Positions 55,640-64,000 of a DNA stretch of 64,000 nucleotides are shown here, one piece after another. Position 1 is the stretch's first letter; the number at the start of each line of letters is the position of its first letter. The stretch lies in the NCBI GenBank assembly GCA_964016885.1, contig OZ024749.1:10850001-10914000 (forward strand), read 5' to 3'. The DNA comes from Eledone cirrhosa. Taxonomy: Eukaryota. The notes beneath the pieces are model-generated. The model searched no databases. It was not told the DNA's origin and saw only the letters and a program-made list of their open reading frames with translations. The position numbers and the translations under genes are program-made.

Positions 55640-57010
55640 TCTCTGACTCATTGGTGGAGGAATTTTCTCCCATCCAGTTAGGGGTGGGTACCAAGCTGGG
55701 GTGTGAGGCTGCTGCCCATGCTACCAGAACCTTTGCCAACTTGCTCCCCTTGTCCTCCAAGGTCATCCCCAAACTTGACCTCAAGAATGCTTTTAACTCT
55801 GTCAGCCGCAATGTCGTCCTCTGCTCAGTAAGGGAGAAGGCCCCATAACTGTACCACTTTGCTGTGCAGGTTTATTGGGAGCCCTCCTATCTCTCTTTTG
55901 GTGACTAACTCATCACCTCTGCCTCAGAAGTCCAACAGGGTGACCCACTCGGGCCTACTCTGTTTGCACTGGCCATTGATGACATCATCAAGATGGGGGT
56001 TGAGTTGGACCTCAACATCTGGTATCTCGACGATGCTTGATTGGGGGGACCTCTGGATAAGGTTCTCGCCACTACTAATAAAATGGTTGAGGAGCTTGTT
56101 ATCGGGGTCTCCAGGTCAATAGCTCCAAATGTGAGCTCTGGATTCTCAACATCAACAGACAGTTGACCTGTTTACAGAGTCTTTCCCTTCCATTGTGGTC
56201 CTTCCTCCATCAGTTTGGTGCTCCTTTGGAGTCCCAATTACAGACCTTGCCTTCAAGTCAGTCTTCCAATCGAAGATGGTTGGCCTTGAGCAGTTGCTGA
56301 AGAATATTGAAGCAATCGAACCCCATCATACTCAGAAACTACCTTTCGATTCCTAAGCTTCTATATATGCTCAGGGTTCGATTGAAGCCTTATTTGTGGC
56401 TAACGTTGGTGGCCTACTCAGCTTGGATGAGCTTCATGTCTCCATTGCCCTCAGAGTAGGAGCTGACGTCTGTATGGGTTTGAGGTGCAGATGTGGCAAA
56501 CTCCTAGACTCCACAGGCCTCCATGGTCTTTCTTGCCACCTGAATGCTGGTCACTTCGCACGTCACACGGAGCTAAACCTTATTCTCAAGAGAGCTTTGA
56601 CACAGGCAAACATCCCCTCAATCTTGGAACAATCTGCGTTGTCCAGAATTGATTGGAAAAGACATGACATCCTTACTCTGTGCCCCTGGTCGCGAGGCAG
56701 ATGCTTTGTCTGGGATGTCACCGTTAGTGACTCTCTTGTTTCTTCCCACATCCTGGATGCTGCAGTTAGGGTGAGAGCCACGGCTTCCACAGCTGAATGG
56801 AACAAAATTCTAAAATACAGTGATCTGTTGGCCTGTGGCGTTCAAGACTGTGTCTAGCCTGTGGCGTTCAAGACGTTTGGGGGAGTCGGGCTACTGACTG
56901 CGAGATTCCTATCTTCACTGGCAGCTCGCCTAACAGAGGTAACTGGTGAAGCTCGTGAGAATGCTTGGTTGTTCCATTACCTCAGGTAACGCTGTAAGCG
57001 TGCTGGCTTG
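55640..57010 (+). mobile_element. CRE-clade non-LTR retrotransposon, decayed RT and endonuclease
   Basis: PIQLGVG, KLDLKNAFNSVSR, VQQGDPLGP, WYLDD; CRCG..H.LSC zinc knuckle; KRHD..PWSRGRCFVWDVT; stops and frameshifts present. Confidence 0.9.
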
Positions 57011-57169
57011 CCTCAACAATTATTAGAGAGGTTTCCCAGTGCTTCTTGCGATACTGTTATCTTTTATTCTGGTAGCGGCTCGGTTGTCCACCCCTTTCGC
57101 CTGCCTTTTGTTGTATGTGGTCCCAGATGTTTTTTTTTTTCTTTCTTTTCCTTTCTTTTTTTATTTCTA

Positions 57170-57527
57170 TTTTATATAACCTCCCTCCCATTATAACTCT
57201 CTCATTTCTATATAACCTCCCTCCCATAGAGCTCTCTCATTTCTATACAACCTCCCCACCATTATAGCTCTCTCATTTCTATATAACCTCCCTCCCATTA
57301 TAACTCTCCCATTTCTATATAACCTCCCTCCCATTATAACTCTCATGTCTATATAACCTCCCTCCCATTATAACTCTCCCATTTCTATATAACCTCCCTC
57401 CCATTATAACTCTCTCATTTCTATATAACCTCCCTCCCATTATAACTCTCTCATGTCTATATAACCTCCCTCCCATTATAACTCTCCCATTTCTATATAA
57501 CCTCCCTCCCATTATAACTCTCATTTC
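57170..57527. repeat. 36-bp minisatellite
   Basis: Unit tttctatataacctccctcccattataactctctca, ~10 copies. Confidence 0.95.
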
Positions 57528-57657
57528 TTTCACAATACATTTTTTTTGTATTTTTAAGCTCTTTTTCATTCTCCCTCTCACTCTCTCTCTCTCTCTGTTT
57601 ATCTATCTAATCTATCTACCTCTCTTTCTTACTATCACTCCATCTCTTTGTCTCAAT

Positions 57658-57857
57658 NNNNNNNNNNNNNNNNNNNNNNNNNNNNNNNNNNNNNNNNNNN
57701 NNNNNNNNNNNNNNNNNNNNNNNNNNNNNNNNNNNNNNNNNNNNNNNNNNNNNNNNNNNNNNNNNNNNNNNNNNNNNNNNNNNNNNNNNNNNNNNNNNNN
57801 NNNNNNNNNNNNNNNNNNNNNNNNNNNNNNNNNNNNNNNNNNNNNNNNNNNNNNNNN
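57658..57857. other. Assembly gap (200 N)
   Basis: Run of N. Confidence 1.
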
Positions 57858-58519
57858 AATCTTCAACCCATTCCAATATTCTCATCCACTTTTATGATTT
57901 TTTTTTCAGTTTCTTTGCCTCTCTCTGTCTCCCCTCCCCTTCTTTCTCTCTCATCCTCACTATCATTCCTCCCCATCCCCCTACCTAACTACTTTCTCAC
58001 TCATTCTCTCTCTCCTCCTACCTCCCTCTCTAATGCCACAAATCTCTCAATTTTCAATTTTTTTCTTTCCTTTGTTATTACTTCACACACACGCACTCCC
58101 TCACACACACACACACACTCCCTCACACACACACATTCTCACATACTCTCACACACATTCTCACACACTCTCACACACATTCTCTCACACTCACAAATAC
58201 ACACACTAGTAACTGAAACTCTATTTTCTGACTTAGCTCCGTCTCTCAATGACTTTTCATTGCTGAAGTAGTTATTATTGATATTGTTGTTGTATTGGTT
58301 AGGATTAGTAGTTAGTTAGTCACAGCTGATCAAAGAGATTGAAAACCATTCTACTTTATACCCATACAGTGCTGTACTAAACCTTTGTGAAAAACCATTT
58401 TATTTCCTCAGTCCATGTAGCTGTAAAACAGGTCTCATTAATAAATCTAGTTTACTGCCATAGAAACTAGGGGTAGTATATATCTAGAAAGCTTTACCTA
58501 ACGTTTATTTTCCCAATAT

Positions 58520-58847
58520 ATGGGCATAGTGGTTAGAGCATTGGCCTTGCAATCGAAAGGTTGTGAGTTCAATTCTCAGACCAGGTGATGTGTTGTTTCC
58601 TTGAGCAAGACACTTTATTTCACATTGCTCCAGTTTACTCAGCTGTAGAAATGAGATGATAGGGACTGGGGTCCCTATCATTCCACTACAAAGTGGTCGT
58701 GGAGGTGCCACGGAAAAAAAGCACCCAGCACTCACTGTAAATGAGGTTGGTGTTAGGAAGGGCATCCAGCTGTAGAAATCAAGCCAGAATCGGTTCCTGT
58801 CTCACCCTTGCAAGCAGGGAAAAGCGGACGTAAAATGATGATGATGG
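58520..58847 (+). mobile_element. tRNA-derived CORE-type SINE with RTE-type tail
   Basis: A box ggcatagtgg, B box gagttcaattc, core ccttgagcaagacactt, tail ttaggaagggcatccagc..(GAT)n. Confidence 0.85.
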
Positions 58848-59220
58848 TATTTACTGTGTTGTAGCTACCATTACTGTCTCTCTTGCATCACTGCCACCAT
58901 TTAATCTACCGTATAACCATATTTCGAATTAAAAGCACTGCCATTTATTTCCAAATAGTTTTGAAAATAATCAAGAACTTGTATTTGGCAATGTTCTGAC
59001 TTGGAGAGGGATGTGCTCCAATACTGGACATGACACTCTTCCCCACCTCTCTCTCTCTCTCACTGACAGCGACACACACTCCCTCTCTCTCTCTCGTATG
59101 ATGGGCTCAGCCAAGTTTAAAGACTAAGGCATGTGAGTTAAGGGGAATCTTCTAATTACAGGTATTCCTGAAAAAACATGTCTGCCACACTGGTGTACTG
59201 CTTGGCCATTGAATTAATAT

Positions 59221-59300
59221 TGTACTACTACTACTATTACTGTTGCTACTGCTACTATTATTGTTGTTACTACTACTACTACTGTTACTACTACTACTAT

Positions 59301-59334
<34 letters not shown>

Positions 59335-59462
59335 GCTTCCACCACCACTACTACAACTACTACTACTGCTACCACCACCACCACTACCACCACCACCACC
59401 ACTACTGCTACCACCACCACCACTACTACTACTACTACCATCACCACCACTACTACTACTAT
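59221..59462. repeat. (TAC/CAC)n trinucleotide repeat
   Basis: Direct observation. Confidence 0.95.
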
Positions 59463-60173
59463 TGTATTGTAATACTAAAACATTTTCTTGAAGCTGTTAT
59501 GGAAAGATAAAACAAAATATTTCTCCCAATATAAAAAAAACCTATTGAAGAAGTATATATATATATGTGTATATATACATGTATATAGATATATATACAT
59601 ATATATGGGTATATATATATATATAGATATATACATATATATGGGTATATATATATATATAGATATATACATATATATGGGTATATATATATATATATAG
59701 ATATATACATATATATGTGTATATATATATATATATAGATATATACATATATATGTGTATATATATATATATATATAGATATATACATATATATGTGTAT
59801 ATATATATATATATAGATATATACATATATATGTGTATATATATATATGTATATAGATATGTATATATATATATATATATAAATTGAAACAAAATGAAAA
59901 TGAAATTTCATTTCTCACTCTTAGTATGGCACTTACTTAAATGTAAGTATGCATGTATACGTACATACATATATGTATACAGACGTACAGTAGCATGCAC
60001 ATATATATATATATATACATACATGTGCATACAGGTACACATACATATATGCACGTATCAGTTTAGCGGCGCCAACGTCGCTTTGTTCGTTTGTAAACAA
60101 ACTGAACAGCCTGAATTTATGCCATACGGTGTTAAGGCAACCACGTCACCTTTTTGTTCAACACTGACACAGG

Positions 60174-60218
60174 AACGATGTACTAGTTTCAAGCTTGTTA
60201 GCTATCATCAGCACCGTT
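60174..60218 (-). ncRNA. Type I minimal hammerhead ribozyme (inverted copy)
   Basis: Exact reverse complement of 60687-60731. Confidence 0.8.
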
Positions 60219-60686
60219 TACCCATCTGCCAGATAGTTGAACGTTCGAAAGTATATACTTTCCTTATGAAAATTAACGGCTGAGCAGCCTAAAAAAGGTG
60301 ACGTGGTTGCCTTAACACCGTATGGCATAAATTCAGGCTGTTCAGTTTGTTTACAAACGAACAAAGCGACGTTGGCGCCGCTAAACTGATACGTGCATAT
60401 ATGTATGTGTACCTGTATGCACATGTATGTATATATATATATATATGTGCATGCTACTGTACGTCTGTATACATATATGTATGTACGTATACATGCATAC
60501 TTACATTTAAGTAAGTGCCATACTAAGAGTGAGAAATGAAATTTCATTTTCATTTTGTTTCAATTTATCGTTTTCGGTATGCCTGACCGATTTAACTCAC
60601 TCAATATGCAAATTAGGCTGCTCAGCCGTTAATTTTCATAAGGAAAGTATATACTTTCGAACGTTCAACTATCTGGCAGATGGGTA

Positions 60687-60731
60687 AACGGTGCTGATGA
60701 TAGCTAACAAGCTTGAAACTAGTACATCGTT
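60687..60731 (+). ncRNA. Type I minimal hammerhead ribozyme
   Basis: AACGGTG-CTGATGA-T AGCT AACA AGCT T-GAAA-CTAG-TA|CATCGTT: 7-bp stem I, intact core, 4-bp stem II, palindromic stem III ACTAGT, GUA cleavage triplet. Confidence 0.82.
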
Positions 60732-61144
60732 CCTGTGTCAGTGTTGAACAAAAAGGTGACGTGGTTGCCTTAACACCGTATGGCATAAATTCAGGCTGTT
60801 CAGTTTGTTTACAAACGAACAAAGCGACGTTGGCGCCGCTAAACTGATACGTGCATATATGTATGTGTACCTGTATGCACATGTATGTATATATATATAT
60901 ATATGTGCATGCTACTGTACGTCTGTATACATATATGTATGTACGTATACATGCATACTTACATTTAAGTAAGTGCCATACTAAGAGTGAGAAATGAAAT
61001 TTCATTTTCATTTTGTTTCAATTTATCGTTTTCGGTATGCCTGACCGATTTAACTCACTCAATATGCAAATTAGGCTGCTCAGCCGTTAATTTTCATAAG
61101 GAAAGTATATACTTTCGAACGTTCAACTATCTGGCAGATGGGTA

Positions 61145-61189
61145 AACGGTGCTGATGATAGCTAACAAGCTTGAAACTAGTACATCGTT
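61145..61189 (+). ncRNA. Type I minimal hammerhead ribozyme (second tandem copy)
   Basis: Identical to 60687-60731, 458 bp downstream. Confidence 0.82.
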
Positions 61190-61631
61190 CCTGTGTCAGT
61201 GTTGAACAAAAAGGTGACGTGGTTGCCTTAACACCGTATGGCATAAATTCAGGCTGTTCAGTTTGTTTACAAACGAACAAAGCGACGTTGGCGCCGCTAA
61301 ACTGATACGTGCATATATGTATGTGTACCTGTATGCACATGTATGTATATATATATATATATGTGCATGCTACTGTACGTCTGTATACATATATGTATGT
61401 ACGTATACATGCATACTTACATTTATATATATATAGATATATATATACACATATTTATGTGTATATATATATACATATATATAGATATATACATATATAT
61501 ATATAGAGAGAGATATATACATATATATATATAGAGAGAGATATATACATATATATATATAGAGAGAGATATATACATATATATATATAGAGAGAGATAT
61601 ATACATATATGTGTGTATATATATATATATA

Positions 61632-62258
61632 GTTATAGGAATAACCAAAGAGTACTTAGAAATACATTGTTTTATTAGCTAACAATGTTTCATCCATACT
61701 CCATGGCAGAAATCATCAGAGTTTATAAACATGAGTATATCAGTAGTTGCATGCTCCATTGAGCTGCGTCACCAGAACAAGGTTAAAGGAGCAGCAAGGG
61801 GGCCCCGAGGCCAGCGCTATATGGAAAAAGGCAGAATGCATGATGCACATGTCATAAAATGTCTTAAAAAATTAAAAATTACACCAAAAAATGTATCACT
61901 TAAATGGTGCAATAAATGATAAAGAGGTTGGGAGAGGGTAGCAAGGGATGAGTGAGGGTATTACTGAGCATGATCAGAAACAATAAGAAAATGATAAAAA
62001 AATAAAAAATGCAAAAATACAGGGGTAATAAAATAGATAAATATAAAAATACAAAACAATAAAGGAACAAAAAGCCTGGAGACCCCAAAGAAATATAAAA
62101 CAAAGCAAAGCATAGATGCATTAAAGCACAAGCAGTGCAAAAAGAGGGTGTACAGGCAGATCAATAGAGTTTGCAAGCATGAATCTGTGAAAAGAATAGT
62201 TGGTTAGCAGCGGTGTAGCCTTACATGTATGATAGTCCATATAAGTGATGGTGTACTC
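61632..62258 (-). mobile_element. Penelope-like terminal-repeat remnant with degenerate hammerhead
   Basis: Block between (TA)n; minus strand CTGATGA..GAAACATTGTT followed by AATAAA. Confidence 0.5.
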
Positions 62259-62376
62259 ATATATATATATATATATATATATCTATATATGTAGGAGGTG
62301 AGTTTTATTGTAGTACAATAAAGCAATGCAGATATCGGATAAGAAGCACTCTACAATTTGTGGGACTGGAGTATGC

Positions 62377-62677
62377 ATAATATAAGATCAAAAGATGGTT
62401 AAAGGAGTTCCATATATTTTATTATGCGCATTTCAAAAACAAACATCATCAAGCAATAATATTTGTGTTTTCATCAGATAAAACAGGAGAACATGATATG
62501 AAGGCTAAAAAAAGACTTGTTGATAGTGCAGTTTTAAATCAACATATGTTGATTTAAAACTGCACTATCAACAAGTGTTTTTTTAGCCTTCATATCATGT
62601 TCTCCTGATGTTTGTTTTTGAAATGCGCATAATAAAATATATGGAACTCCTTTAACCATCTTTTGATCTTATATTAT
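62377..62677. repeat. ~300-bp palindrome with no spacer
   Basis: Centre aacat|atgtt at 62545/62546; the left arm has ~40 extra bp; flanked by TA-rich repeats. Confidence 0.95.
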
Positions 62678-63138
62678 ATATCTATATATATATATACATA
62701 TATGTGTGTATATATAGATAGATACATATATATGTGTATATATAGATAGATACATATATATGTGTATATATAGATAGATACATATATATGTGTATATATA
62801 GATAGATACATATATATGTGTATATATAGATAGATACATATATATGTGTATATATAGATAGATACATATATATGTGTATATATAGATAGATACATATATA
62901 TGTGTATATATAGATAGATACATATATATGTGTATATATAGATAGATACATATATATGTGTATATATAGATATATACATATATATGTGTATATATAGATA
63001 TATACATATATGTGTATATATAGATATATACATATATATGTGTATATATAGATAGATAGATACATATATATGTGTATATATAGATAGATACATATATATG
63101 TGTATATATAGATAGATACATATATATGTGTATATATA
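62678..63138. repeat. TA-rich ~30-bp compound microsatellite (similar arrays at 59555-59880 and 61425-61631)
   Basis: Unit tatatatagatagatacatatatatgtgta. Confidence 0.95.
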
Positions 63139-63139
63139 G

Positions 63140-64000
63140 CATAATTCAGCAGTAGGTCCCGATAGGTTCCCTGCTTGTGTCTTGAAGGCGTGTCAACACC
63201 AACTTGCATCTCCTCTTGCCAATCTGTGGCGGAACTCACTGGATGCTGGATATGTGCCAGAAAACCTTCTATCCCAGTCTGTTGTCCCAGTTTTCAAAAA
63301 GGGAAACAAATCCCTTGCCGTGAATTACCGTCCAATCTCACTCACCTCTCATATCATTAAGGTATTTGAGAGAGTGGTGAGATCGCGAATGACCCACTTC
63401 CTTGAGAGTAACAATATGCTGAACTCCAACCAGCATGGATTCCGTAATGGAAGGGATTGCCTGATGCAGCTACTGCATCACTTTGATGACATTTTGAGAA
63501 CCTTGGGAGAGGGTTCCAACACTGATGTTATCTACCTTGATTTCAGCAAGGCCTTTGACAGGGTTGATCATAACATTCTACTGAGAAAGCTGTCCAATAT
63601 TGGTGTCACTGGAAAGCTGCTGCAGTGGATCAAGAGCTTCCTGTCAAACAGAACCCAACATGTTGTAGTTGAGGGAGTCAAATCCAGCCCAGCCAAAGTC
63701 AGTAGTGGGGTCCCACAAGGCACTGTGTTGGGCCCACTTCTCTTCATCATCTATATTAATGACATCACTGACATCATCAAACACAGCAACATTAAAATTT
63801 TCGCTGATGATTCCAAGCTCCAAAAGGTCATCAATGGCGTGGATGACCGGATAAGCCTTCAGTCAGACCTACTGGCTGTTACCCAATGGGCGGAAAAGAA
63901 CAACATGTTACTGAACGAAGACAAATTCGAACTGATCCACTTTGGAAAAGAGGATGCTCTGAAACTCCCGTACTCCCTTCCCTCCGGGGAAACTCTCGTG
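63140..64000 (+). mobile_element. CR1-group LINE reverse transcriptase, 5'-truncated, open frame to the window end
   Basis: Uninterrupted frame: [70 protein letters not shown]. Confidence 0.93.

Larger units (their letters stand above)
59881..61425. mobile_element. Hammerhead-bearing 458-bp repeat: one inverted partial copy plus ~2.5 tandem copies (retrozyme or non-autonomous Penelope-like element)
   Basis: Period 458 bp (CTGATGA at 60694 and 61152); 59881-60292 is the reverse complement of most of the unit; copies almost identical; flanked by TA-rich microsatellites. Confidence 0.8.

Noticed and set aside
58520-58590. tRNA gene
   Set aside because: A and B boxes belong to a SINE head that continues into core and tail; no complete cloverleaf seen. 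The same applies at 12190, 20455 and 35311.
59894-61340. Repeated 129-aa ORF ([10 protein letters not shown]...)
   Set aside because: It crosses a TA/CA microsatellite, has no recognisable domain and is antisense to the hammerhead strand; its repetition only reflects the DNA repeat.
62465-62480. CTGATGA on the minus strand inside the palindrome
   Set aside because: No stem II or GAAA at a suitable distance, so not called a hammerhead.

Overview
Repeat-dense, AT-rich animal genomic DNA. The SINE families and repeat content suggest a cephalopod, probably Octopus (inference). I see one plausible host coding exon (10648-10869, +): a signal-peptide-like N-terminus ending at a CAG|GTAAGT donor, loosely resembling alpha2-delta/CACHD1-type proteins. 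No second exon is evident, so the rest may be one very large intron. The window otherwise contains decayed transposons (hAT, Helitron, CRE, RTE, Tx1/L1, R4/Dong, CR1-group LINE, Nin/Deu- and CORE-type SINEs, Penelope-like remnants), many mini- and microsatellites, a 16.5-kb 28-bp satellite with internal inversions and higher-order repeats, and a 200-N gap. The most notable item is at 59881-61425: a 458-bp non-coding unit present as ~2.5 tandem copies plus one inverted copy. Three copies carry a minimal type I hammerhead ribozyme motif, which suggests a retrozyme or non-autonomous Penelope-like element that could make a 458-nt circular RNA. All calls are by eye, with no database search, and repeat boundaries are approximate.
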